A stretch of 64,000 bases of DNA from Octopus bimaculoides (Eukaryota). Positions 49,565-64,000 of this stretch are shown piece by piece. The position numbers and the translations under genes were made by a program. Positions within the stretch are counted from its first letter, which is position 1, and the number at the start of each line of letters is the position of its first letter. The stretch is from the NCBI RefSeq assembly GCF_001194135.2, contig NC_068992.1, forward strand, positions 6,471,572-6,535,571, given 5' to 3'. A model generated the notes under the pieces. The model was not told where the DNA came from and ran no database searches. It saw nothing but the letters and a program-made list of their open reading frames with translations.

Positions 49565-50459
49565 ATGATGAACTGGCTGAGCAAAAGAGAGACTGAAGAA
49601 AAATATTGCGAGAGAAAAAGATCAAAATTGACTGAGGAAGAAAGATGAAAGAAAAGAAAGAAGAAAAAAGAAAGCGAATGAGAGACAAAGAAAGAAAGGA
49701 ATGAGGTTTTCGCATATTAGAATGAAAAAGACAAGGTAAAAAGAATGAGAAAGAAAAACTAGAGGAAAATAAGTAAAATATACAAGATATAAGAAAGTGT
49801 GATAAACTGGGAAAGGAGATGGAAGCGAAAAAATATTGAGAAAGAGAGAGAAAGATTGAAATAGACTGAACGATAAAGAGAGTAAGAGATATGTAGTTAG
49901 ATAGGCAGACAGAGAGAAAGAAAGAGAAAGAGGAAGAGAGGGAGGGGAGAGGAGAGAGGAAGAGACAGGTAGACTTAAAGATAGAGAGAGAGAATGAGAG
50001 AGAGGGCGTAAGAAGTAAAGAAAGAAGATTATAGAGGAAGAAAGATGAGGAAAAATAATAAAGAAGTAAATAGAAGAGATTGAGAAATAATGACAAAATG
50101 TAGGAGACACCGGAATAAAGAGAGGACGAGAGAGAGATGTAAATATAAAGAAAATAGTGACTAACAGAGTGAGAGAAAGAGAGAGGGAGAGAGAGAAAGG
50201 GAGAAAGAAAGAAAGAAAGAAAGAAAGAAATATTAAGAGAAACGCAGGGCAAAACAGAGGATTGTTTATGAAAAGAAAGAGAGTGAAAGAAAAGGGGAGC
50301 GAATGAGAAGAAGGAGAAATATTAAAGTAATAGAGAATGTAAACAAAGTGAATGAAAATTAGAAGGAAATGGAAAGAGAAAGAGATTAAGTAAAAAAAAT
50401 AGATAGAACGAAAGAAAAGAGTAAGATACAAAGAGAGAGAGAGAGTGAGATAGAAAGAA

Positions 50460-50490
<31 letters not shown>
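49565..50490 (+). repeat. ~900-bp purine-rich (GA/GAAA) low-complexity tract
   Basis: Direct reading. Confidence 0.9.
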
Positions 50491-50491
<1 letters not shown>

Positions 50492-50647
50492 ATCTATACA
50501 GACACTCGAGAGGTGCGAGCAGACACGATATATAGTAGCACTTAGATTTGGCACGCTGGAGTCGGAGCGTCAAACAGTTTAATGCTAAATCTTTACTAGC
50601 AGTAGTGGCTGTGTGCGTGTATATTAGATATATATATATATATATAA

Positions 50648-50701
<54 letters not shown>

Positions 50702-51339
50702 NNNNNNNNNNNNNNNNNNNNNNNNNNNNNNNNNNNNNNNNNNNNNNNNNNNNNNNNNNNNNNNNNNNNNNNNNNNNNNNNNNNNNNNNNNNNNNNNNNN
50801 NNNNNNNNNNNNNNNNNNNNNNNNNNNNNNNNNNNNNNNNNNNNNNNNNNNNNNNNNNNNNNNNNNNNNNNNNNNNNNNNNNNNNNNNNNNNNNNNNNNN
50901 NNNNNNNNNNNNNNNNNNNNNNNNNNNNNNNNNNNNNNNNNNNNNNNNNNNNNNNNNNNNNNNNNNNNNNNNNNNNNNNNNNNNNNNNNNNNNNNNNNNN
51001 NNNNNNNNNNNNNNNNNNNNNNNNNNNNNNNNNNNNNNTTTTTCCTCTGTCTTGTAGTTTTATTTATCTGTATCTCTTCCACGCTCTAAACAATCCCACC
51101 AAGTAATCATATACCCCCATATATACACCACTGACGAACACACATGTACACATCCGTAGAAACATACGCACACGCGTACAAAACATAGACGTACACAAAC
51201 TACTCATATACATGTATATATATCTATATACACACATGCACATAGACATGTTACACAAGCATGGCCGCACAAATATCACAAATCGTCTGAATGTGAAAAA
51301 GACTTAACGTGTATGCATGTATGTTTATAAATACGTACG

Positions 51340-53720
<2,381 letters not shown>

Positions 53721-54130
53721 TTCATCCAACCATCCCACTATCCGTCCATCCGTCAACCTATCCATCCATCGTTCAATCAACCTCCTCTATCCAATTATCC
53801 ATTCATCAATCCATCAATCCAACCGTCAATTCATACACCCTTCACTGAAACCAATAATTCAACCATCCATACAGTGATCCAGCCATTTTCCCCCCCCTCA
53901 TCCTGCCAGCCATTCCTCTCTCTCTCTCTCTCTCACACACTCTTCTTCTCTTTCTCTCTGCCACTCTCTTTTTCACTTTCTTTCTTTCTCTCTATCTCTT
54001 TTTATGTCTTTCTTTTTTCCTTTCTGTCTTTGTAACTTTCTCTTTTTTAATTCTTTCTTTTCCTCCCACCCCTATATCTCTCCCTCTCTCTCTGTACATG
54101 CACACCAACCCGCTTGCTCACAATCACACC

Positions 54131-54182
<52 letters not shown>

Positions 54183-55296
54183 AATAATAACAATAAATGG
54201 AACAAAACATATAAATAAAAGTTCTTTTAATATATATATATATATACACATATATATGTATACACATTTATCTATACATATATATATATATATATATACA
54301 TACATACACACAAACACACACAAACAAACACACACACACACACACACACATATATATTGTATAGAGAAGTTTTGAGATTCGTTACAGGTGTTATGTAAAA
54401 CATTAAGATATCTTCTGCTTCTTTCCTCCTGTGATGGGGGAATCTATTTAGGGCAGGGGTGCATGTCTTTTCGAATGTTCGTGGGCGCTGCCGCCATCAG
54501 CTCAGGCGACGGCTGCAAAGCAGCGCAACGCAACGAACGCATTCGGCTGTGTGTTCGTTATACGTGTGAGCGTGTGTGTGTGTGTGTGCGTGTGAGAGAG
54601 AGAGAGAGAGTTCATATGTATGTGTATATGCACATATATATGTGCTTGTGTACATACATACACACACGTATATATATGTATATTTATTTACACACACACC
54701 CACATACATAGATACATACATACATACTTATACACACAAATACATACGCGTGTGTTTACGTGCATACGATTTTTTGTGCTTGTATNNNNNNNNNNNNNNN
54801 NNNNNNNNNNNNNNNNNNNNNNNNNNNNNNNNNNNNNNNNNNNNNNNNNNNNNNNNNNNNNNNNNNNNNNNNNNNNNNNNNNNNNNNNNNNNNNNNNNNN
54901 NNNNNNNNNNNNNNNNNNNNNNNNNNNNNNNNNNNNNNNNNNNNNNNNNNNNNNNNNNNNNNNNNNNNNNNNNNNNNNNNNNNNNNNNNNNNNNNNNNNN
55001 NNNNNNNNNNNNNNNNNNNNNNNNNNNNNNNNNNNNNNNNNNNNNNNNNNNNNNNNNNNNNNNNNNNNNNNNNNNNNNNNNNNNNNNNNNNNNNNNNNNN
55101 NNNNNNNNNNNNNNNNNNNNNNNNNNNNNNNNNNNNNNNNNNNNNNNNNNNNNNNNNNNNNNNNNNNNNNNNNNNNNNNNNNNNNNNNNNNNNNNNNNNN
55201 NNNNNNNNNNNNNNNNNNNNNNNNNNNNNNNNNNNNNNNNNNNNNNNNNNNNNNNNNNNNNNNNNNNNNNNNNNNNNNNNNNNNNNNNNNNNNNNN

Positions 55297-55331
<35 letters not shown>

Positions 55332-56114
55332 GTATATGAGTGTATGTGTGTATGTGTATATGTATATATGCATATATGTATGTGTATGTATGTATGTATG
55401 TATGTATATATGTATGTATATGTATAGTAAGCATACGTCGTCACGGTACTGCACGACACGGAAAGACACTTTTATCATCTCTCCATCTCAACTCTCCAGC
55501 TAGAATATCTTCATCTCACACACATCATTCCCATCCATTTTTGTAACAAACACCTATTTTACTACACACTGACAGAAAGCTTTGTGCTTTCTGTGTTATT
55601 GTTATGCTAGAATCGGTAGAGCATCAGACCATACATTTCTGCGGGTATTTTTTTTCTTTTCTCCAGCCTCTTTACCTCCACTTGGTTTCTCTTCATCTTT
55701 TTTTCTTATCCCATGCTACGAGTTGAAAACTTGACGCGGTCAAATTTCGTTTTACCTCATTCAGGGACGATGTCAACAGAATATGCAGCAGTTATGGACG
55801 GGAGATCGATTTGCCGTTCTTTCTACCAACAAACTATCTGATCCTGTGCCTATGCTAAGAGTCATCATAGTTTTGTTGGGTTTGACACAAACATACATGT
55901 TGATGCACACATACATGACAGCGTACGCGCACGCACACAATGTGCATCTACATACACGTACCCCCATTCTCTCCCTCTCTCGTTACATTCATATAGATAC
56001 ATACACCCATACATACATATATACATACATACATACGTACGTACATACATACACGTATATATATATATGCACACAAATCCATACATACATGTGCATATAC
56101 ACATACATGCGTAC

Positions 56115-56145
<31 letters not shown>

Positions 56146-56209
56146 CATGCATATATATATATATACATTTATATATACATACATATACATACATATATAT
56201 ATATATACA

Positions 56210-56318
<109 letters not shown>

Positions 56319-56687
56319 GATTCTATATGTACTACCTATAATGAGGTGACTTCTATGTGCTCTTCCGACATGTTAGAAAGAGAAGTCAAATCTATCTCAT
56401 GTTTCAGTACACTCTCTAAAAGATATTGGATAAATAATTTGCCCGAAAATAAATAAATAAAGAAAGAAAGAAATGAAGAAATAAATGATAAAAAAAGAAA
56501 ATGGTTTTAAATTCTTGTACCAATTGGCTGCACGTTTAGGGTCAAGCTGGGTTTAAAATACAAATCTCCTCACCACCCTATATCACTCAGTGTTACACTT
56601 AGGTTAATCCTAAAATAGGGATTGCTTAGTAGATACATCCTTTTTATTGTAATCACTTCCGCTTGTGATAATTTTATTGTTGTTGTT

Positions 56688-57680
56688 TATGCGGCGAGCT
56701 GGCGGGTCGCAAGGACGCCGGGCGGGCGAAATGTTTAGCGGCATTTCGCCTTTCTTCACCGTTCTGAGTTCAAATTCCACCAAGGTCGACTTTGCCTTTC
56801 ACCCTTTCGATGTCGATAAGATAAGTACCAGTTGTACACTAGGGTCGATGTAATCGACTTACCCCCTCCCGCGAAATTGCTGGCCTTGTGCCAAATTTGA
56901 AACTTGAAAGCAGTTGTTAATAAGACAGCGAGCTGGCAGAATCGTTAGCACGCCGGACTAAATGTTTGGCTGCATTTCGTCAGTCTTTATGTTCTGTTCC
57001 GAGTTCAAATTTTGTCGAGGTCAACTTTGCCTTTCATCCTGTTTAGGTCGATAAAGTAAGTAGCAGTCAAACACTGGGGTCGATGTAATCGACTGGACGC
57101 CCCACCTAAAATATCAAGAACTTGTGCCTTTAATAGATAGGATTATCCCGCCGACAGATTCGAGTTGCCTTCCATCCATGGCGACGTCGCTAAAAACTAT
57201 AAAGTGCTAGTGAAAATACGCTGAATAATATTATTGACTATATCCCTCCCCTCATAACATATGCCCTGGGGCAAATTTAGAAATGAGAGTTATTTTTCTT
57301 GTTATTTATGAATTGGCCCAAATGGAAGAACGTTGGAAAAATGTGCCTTGCTCTATATAGATACTTAGCTCCGAGTTCAAACCCTACCTAATTCAGTTAA
57401 CATTATATATCTTCGAGATCGATCAAAATCGAGTACCAGTTACGTCCTTAGAATAATATTATTGCCTAATATTTCTCCCGAAATTCAAGTCTATGCCAGA
57501 AATAACAATTATTGTTGTTCGTAATGTTGGTGTCATTTATGCTTTGAGTTCGATTAACGTCGATATCAGTTATTTTTTATTTATTTTTTTTTCGTCTTTC
57601 CGGGGTCAATAAAATGCATATCAGTCAAATACTGGGGTCGATGATATTGACTTATGCCCCCACCCCACCGACATTTGCTA
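56688..57680 (+). mobile_element. Cluster of four same-strand SINE A copies (56688-56905, 56925-57135, ~57300-57500, ~57545-57680)
   Basis: gcggcgagctggc...gagttcaaattccaccaaggtcgactttgcctttcaccctttcgatgtcgataagataagtaccag, followed by progressively more diverged copies. Confidence 0.85.
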
Positions 57681-59295
57681 TTGTTCGTGTTATTGTTGAT
57701 CTCGTAATTGTTGCCACAACCACCACCGCCACCGTCACCACCACCNNNNNNNNNNNNNNNNNNNNNNNNNNNNNNNNNNNNNNNNNNNNNNNNNNNNNNN
57801 NNNNNNNNNNNNNNNNNNNNNNNNNNNNNNNNNNNNNNNNNNNNNNNNNNNNNNNNNNNNNNNNNNNNNNNNNNNNNNNNNNNNNNNNNNNNNNNNNNNN
57901 NNNNNNNNNNNNNNNNNNNNNNNNNNNNNNNNNNNNNNNNNNNNNNNNNNNNNNNNNNNNNNNNNNNNNNNNNNNNNNNNNNNNNNNNNNNNNNNNNNNN
58001 NNNNNNNNNNNNNNNNNNNNNNNNNNNNNNNNNNNNNNNNNNNNNNNNNNNNNNNNNNNNNNNNNNNNNNNNNNNNNNNNNNNNNNNNNNNNNNNNNNNN
58101 NNNNNNNNNNNNNNNNNNNNNNNNNNNNNNNNNNNNNNNNNNNNNNNNNNNNNNNNNNNNNNNNNNNNNNNNNNNNNNNNNNNNNNNNNNNNNNNNNNNN
58201 NNNNNNNNNNNNNNNNNNNNNNNNNNNNNNNNNNNNNNNNNNNNNNNNNNNNNNNNNNNNNNNNNNNNNNNNNNNNNNNNNNNNNNNNNNNNNNNNNNNN
58301 NNNNNNNNNNNNNNNNNNNNNNNNNNNNNNNNNNNNNNNNNNNNNNNNNNNNNNNNNNNNNNNNNNNNNNNNNNNNNNNNNNNNNNNNNNNNNNNNNNNN
58401 NNNNNNNNNNNNNNNNNNNNNNNNNNNNNNNNNNNNNNNNNNNNNNNNNNNNNNNNNNNNNNNNNNNNNNNNNNNNNNNNNNNNNNNNNNNNNNNNNNNN
58501 NNNNNNNNNNNNNNNNNNNNNNNNNNNNNNNNNNNNNNNNNNNNNNNNNNNNNNNNNNNNNNNNNNNATATATATATACATCTTTGTGTGTATAATATAG
58601 ACGTGTGTGTTCGTGTGTAAATTGATTGTATGGACGTCAGGCATCAATCGGAATGAGTGTCCAGGGGTGTGTATGTATGTTATGTGTGTGTATGTATATG
58701 TGTGTGTGTGTGTGTGTGTGTAAGATGGTGGAGGAGAAGGAAAGATGAAAAGAAGAAGAATAAGGTTGGGTGTGGGGAGAATGTACACGCGATATAACAA
58801 AATATTCAATTTTGTTTTAAATCATACACATTTATAAATATTTCCACAATCTAAAATGTAGACAGAAATTAATACCCACCCCACCCCCGCTACCCGCTGC
58901 ACCCACAATACCTACATTACACTACGATCACCAAAATATATAAACTATCATTATCAACTGCTGATTCTCCTAAACACCTCACTGTTAGAATTTGTCAGGT
59001 CTGCGAAAGGAATTTTTTTTCTTTTTTATGATTTGTTTAGTTTAGTTTCTTGTTTGTATATTCTTTCTGTCGTTTCTTTATTTATATATCTATTGTGACG
59101 TTATCAGAAGTGAAACATCGAAGGTGAACATGAAAATATATATACGTAACATGCGTTAAAGTTTAAATAAATATGGTTAAGAAGTATATATAAAAATGTC
59201 TCGTGGTTTTCGGTAGTTCCAAGCCTGTATACATGTATACATATATATACAATAGTACAGGTGTAGACGTTGGAGGCTGATACAATAAAACACTA

Positions 59296-59550
59296 GTCAA
59301 GTACTGTCTTCGATACAGTCAACTTCGTTTCTCATTCTTCAGGGCTAAGATCGATAACATGGAGCACCCGTCAAGTACTGGTTTCGATATAGTCAACTTG
59401 GCTTCTCATCCTTCAGGCGGGTAGAATCGATAAAATAAAGTATCAATCAAGTATTATCTTCGATATAGCTAAACTTTGCCTTTCATTCTTCCGCGAGGAG
59501 AGTCGATAAAATAAAAGTACCGGCTAAGAGCTAGTGAAGGGTCGATACGT
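59296..59550 (+). repeat. Head-to-tail ~75-bp tandem repeat derived from the SINE A central domain
   Basis: Units start at 59296, 59370, 59446 and about 59522: tcaagta...tcgata.agtcaactt..c.tctcat.cttc..g...a.tcgataa.at. Confidence 0.7.
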
Positions 59551-59879
59551 CGAAACCGACGGGAAAGTCCATCATATATATATATATATATANNNNNNNN
59601 NNNNNNNNNNNNNNNNNNNNNNNNNNNNNNNNNNNNNNNNNNNNNNNNNNNNNNNNNNNNNNNNNNNNNNNNNNNNNNNNNNNNNNNNNNNNNNNNNNNN
59701 NNNNNNNNNNNNNNNNNNNNNNNNNNNNNNNNNNNNNNNNNNNNNNNNNNNNNNNNNNNNNNNNNNNNNNNNNNNNNNNNNNNNNNNATATATATACACT
59801 AAATAATATATGAGTATATGCATATATATGTACATGTATGTACATACCTTCATCTACATGTATATATAGATGCATATCT

Positions 59880-60015
59880 GGGTACATGACGTTGCAAAAA
59901 AAACATGGACAAAATGATAAACAAGGTACAGAAAACACACAGGCCACATAGAGAACATTTCCTCCATCAGCTGCCACCATTGTAACACTGGCGTTTCGAA
60001 GAGTTAGGGCAGGAC
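59880..60015. mobile_element. Probable Penelope-type pseudo-LTR fragment
   Basis: Minus strand: ctcttcGAAAcgccagtg...ggcagCTGATGGaggaaatgttctctatgtggcctgtgtgttttctgtacc. The assignment is from recall of PLE termini. Confidence 0.4.
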
Positions 60016-60337
60016 TCCCTCCTCCTCCTCCTCCTCCTCCTCCTCTTCTCTTCCCCACGCCCCTTTACATTAAACGCGTGGTGGTCTTGTGCCTATGTGG
60101 CAAATCAATATGATGATACATGTATGTCCACATTCTGTTTCTTTCATGCAGAAACATTCTACGCAACGTAAGACTCCACTGCGATCGAGTTACGTTGTCG
60201 CAAACAGCGGGTAGCGGATGTATTCTTCTGCTCTTGAGATACTTTTACCTGTATATGTTGTTTGACACGTTATCATGTTTCAAACAGAGTAATCTCTCAC
60301 TCTCTCTCTCCCATCTCTCACACCTTTTTCACACTCT

Positions 60338-60402
<65 letters not shown>

Positions 60403-60732
60403 TCTCTCTCTTTCTCTCACCTTCCTTCGCTCTCTTTTTCATTCTCTCTCTTTCTGGGTGTGCATAGAAAGTTACGTCTTAACGTTTTGATAATTCAATT
60501 TAACTCTTATGTAAATTTGTATATTTTATTTAATTATTTTATACTTGAAGCAAGATAAATATGTTCAAAATGCAAACCCTCGTCTCCTTCCTCAGATTTC
60601 GAATTGTGTATATACATACATATACACACACGCACATAGATACACACGTATATGTACATACACATACACACTCACACATGTAATATATATATAGAGAGAG
60701 AGACACACACATTAATATCTAGCATATATTTA

Positions 60733-61710
60733 CGTTCTGAGTTCAAATTCCTAGGGGCCTGACTTTGCTTTTAAACCTTTCAGGGTCGAGAAAATCAGTT
60801 GAGTATTGGGGGGTCTTTGTAATCAACTTACCACCTCCCTCCCCACCGAAAGTTGCTGANNNNNNNNNNTATATATATATATACATATATAATATATATA
60901 TATAGAGAGAGAGAGAGATGTTTATATACGTGTGTGTGTGTAGATAGATAAGATAGATAGATAGACACACGAAAATATATGTGTATACACATATATCCAT
61001 AAACTTACATATGCTCACATATATACATACATACATGTATACATTCGCATAGTTGTACATTCAAGTTCATTGCATTTATATATCGGTTGTATATTAGTGT
61101 TAATGCAAAAATTAGATGCTAAAAGTAATTAAAGCGGCTGATACGATTTTGTTGTACTTCATACCAACTAAGTTCAATTCCTACCGTTCGAGGTTTGTTT
61201 TTTAATCTTTCTAAGGTCAATAAAATAAAGTAGTATTTAAAGACTAGGGTTAATGTAAATTGACTGCAGTTGTTCCTTTAAAAATATTTTGTACGTATTC
61301 ATATTTTGAAGATTGGTAAGAACACGTTCAGTACCAGAGGTTGACGGAATATTTTGTGGGTGGTTCTTTACATGTTCTAAGTTCAGATCACAACAGAGTC
61401 GATCGATTTTTCCCTTTTGTCATTCATCTACCGGATAAATTTAGGGAAGATAACATAAGCAATCATTCTAAGATCTGGAGTCCACTTCCATTATCAATCA
61501 GTCAAATACTGACTTCGATTTAGCGGCCAATATTCTCTCCACCACTTCCCAGCCCAAATATATGTGACCTGTCTATGTCGGCAGAATAGTTAAGGCGTTG
61601 GAAACATTACCTTGCAGTATTTTTTTGTTACACCTCTTTATAATTTGATTTCAATTCCTACCAACTTTGATCTTCTGAAGTTGATTAAATAAGTACCAGT
61701 CAAGTATTGA
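60733..61710 (+). mobile_element. Several degenerate SINE A copies (60733-60850, ~61150-61260, ~61370-61520, ~61580-61710)
   Basis: cgttctgagttcaaattcc...gactttgcttttaaacctttcagggtcgag and related remnants. Confidence 0.6.
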
Positions 61711-61717
61711 TGCTCTT

Positions 61718-61750
<33 letters not shown>

Positions 61751-62646
61751 NNNNNNNNNNNNNNNNNNNNNNNNNNNNNNNNNNNNNNNNNNNNNNNNNN
61801 NNNNNNNNNNNNNNNNNNNNNNNNNNNNNNNNNNNNNNNNNNNNNNNNNNNNNNNNNNNNNNNNNNNNNNNNNNNNNNNNNNNNNNNNNNNNNNNNNNNN
61901 NNNNNNNNNNNNNNNNNNNNNNNNNNNNNNNNNNNNNNNNNNNNNNNNNNNNNNNNNNNNNNNNNNNNNNNNNNNNNNNNNNNNNNNNNNNNNNNNNNNN
62001 NNNNNNNNNNNNNNNNNNNNNNNNNNNNNNNNNNNNNNNNNNNNNNNNNNNNNNNNNNNNNNNNNNNNNNNNNNNNNNNNNNNNNNNNNNNNNNNNNNNN
62101 NNNNNNNNNNNNNNNNNNNNNNNNNNNNNNNNNNNNNNNNNNNNNNNNNNNNNNNNNNNNNNNNNNNNNNNNNNNNNNNNNNNNNNNNNNNNNNNNTATA
62201 TATATATATATATCGATAGATAAATAGACAGCTAAAATATATCAAGTCTATCGTTTCCTCTCACTTGTGTCTGTCAGAAGTCATTATGTTCAACATCACT
62301 ATTATAAGTTGAGCCTAACAGGAAATATATTGTTAAACCTTAACAGTAGATACATCAAGATGTTATTCATAAACGAGGTGTGGTTTCCATTCTTTGAGAA
62401 ATTATTAAATAAAATTTGATGGTTACTCGAACTTATAAATTATTCATGAAATCTTTATAACAACATCGACCGACTAACATATATTACATACACCGACAAA
62501 CAAACACTAACGCTTACATAAGAAAAACATATACACACAATGCCTCTGCAAACACACATATGCACATTTACAAACAGACATTACATTCGCTGTTACCTGA
62601 GGTGATTCCATTCATGTGTGTATTATTCACACACAAACACACACAA

Positions 62647-62713
<67 letters not shown>

Positions 62714-62765
62714 CTTACAAAAGACTCAATACAAGATACAGAGGCATATCTTCTTTATGAAAGAG

Positions 62766-62860
62766 CTTGACAACTACTTCGAAGTTTCGCCTAAGGTTGG
62801 CTTTTCAAACACAAATCAATTTGAAAAGCCGGACCGCGAATTTTCAGAGTAGCTATCAAG
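62766..62860 (-). ncRNA. Hammerhead-like structured RNA motif (G8>A lesion)
   Basis: Minus strand: closing stem CTTGATAGCTACT/AGTAGTTGTCAAG (13 bp, 2 G-U); CTGAAAA; perfect 11-bp hairpin GGCTTTTCAAA/TTTGAAAAGCC; GAAA; palindrome ACTTCGAAGT; GTA triplet. Confidence 0.5.
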
Positions 62861-63897
62861 TATTATATAATAAATATGTATGTATTATGAGTGTATGCGT
62901 GAGAGAGACATTAGTTATTCGTGATATATAGCCTCCTTTAAACTCGATCGAATACATGCATGCATACAAACACACACACACACACACACACACAGACAAA
63001 TCACACACTCACATATATACATACAAAACAAATGCAGACACATATACACACACATATAAAAACATACATATAATGTTTGTGTGAATATATACATATGCAT
63101 ATAGATATATACATATCTATCAGCGTGACCGACGGGACACACATAGGGTATTATTATATGTAAGATAGTCAAATTCTCAATAATTTCTTTATAAATGTGA
63201 ATTTATAATAAGGTAAGAGAAGTATAGAGACGCAGCACGTTTCAAAGCAGTTGTCTGTACATATCCATCTGCTAACTGCTTGTGAAAGGAAAGATTCACA
63301 TCTACAGGACAATTGAACTCAAAGACTGGGACCGTTAATTTTTGAGCTGATTGTATATTTGTATTCAATAACAGATTTGTTTTATACATTTATCCCGGAG
63401 CAGTTATTCCATCGACTGACATTGTGTCTTGTTTTAGCAATTACATCATGACATAATGGGAAGTAATGCCTTGATGACAGTTTCGGGCAGCTGCTAATTA
63501 CAAGTGTAATAACTTCAATAGTTATGTGATGTAATCGATATTTTTGGTTACATGTTGTGGATTTTGAGGGATTCACTGTCTCATACGTTTATTAGTTATT
63601 TCATACCTACCTACTGCTCTTAGAATGCAAAATCAGAAAGTTCTAAATGTGATATGATGCAACGGTCACGTGTCCAATATTTATGTTAATAGTACCGTTA
63701 CTGACAAGGGAACGTGCTTAGCTACTATTGTGATATTCGGAGAGCTCGTCTTGCAAGCCTTTGTATGTATGTATGTATGTATGTATGTATGTATGTACGT
63801 ATGTATGTACGTACGTAAGTGTGTGTGCATGTATGTGTGCACGCATGTATGTGTGTAAGTATGTATGTATGTATATACTTGTGTGGTTGTGTGTATC

Positions 63898-64000
63898 TTA
63901 CTTTTAACTTTCACTTGTTTCAGTCAGTGAATTGCGGCCATACTGGTGCACCGCCTTGAAGGATTTAGCCGAATAAATTTCTACAGCACTTTTTTAAAAA
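63898..64000 (-). mobile_element. SINE B 3' end at the window edge
   Basis: cacttgtttcagtcagtgaattgcggccatactggtgcaccgccttgaagg. Confidence 0.7.

Noticed and set aside
59930-60010. GAAA...CTGATGG in type II hammerhead order
   Set aside because: A9 is mutated and no stem I hairpin forms.
63220-63310. Two hairpins followed by GAAACG...CGTC on the minus strand
   Set aside because: The CUGANGA box is absent or needs two or more edits, and stem I is not in register.

Overview
AT-rich, repeat-saturated animal genomic scaffold with 16 N-gaps, nearly all bordered by microsatellite or other simple repeats. The SINE families and extreme (TA)n/(CA)n/(GA)n/(TACA)n/(GATA)n density resemble octopus DNA (inferred from recall, not a database search). 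No host protein-coding gene can be called with confidence. Most ORF-track entries are microsatellite or N-gap artefacts, so the window is probably intergenic or deep intronic, with a few weak exon candidates. What is supportable is a dense record of decayed transposons: at least three tRNA-derived SINE families (four copies with clear 11-18 bp target-site duplications), two RTE LINE fragments, a Tx1/L1-type LINE, three restriction-like-endonuclease (RLE) LINE 3' ends, a CR1/L2/Jockey-like 3' end, two Penelope-like ORF fragments, and mariner, hAT and pogo transposase relics, plus a MITE-like element. The most interesting signal is four sequence-unrelated type I hammerhead-ribozyme-like folds (2832, 29925, 32951, 62766), each with one or a few lesions. 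They sit in short non-coding segments near microsatellites and are consistent with Penelope pseudo-LTRs or non-autonomous retrozyme-like elements. All translations, alignments and folds were done by hand.
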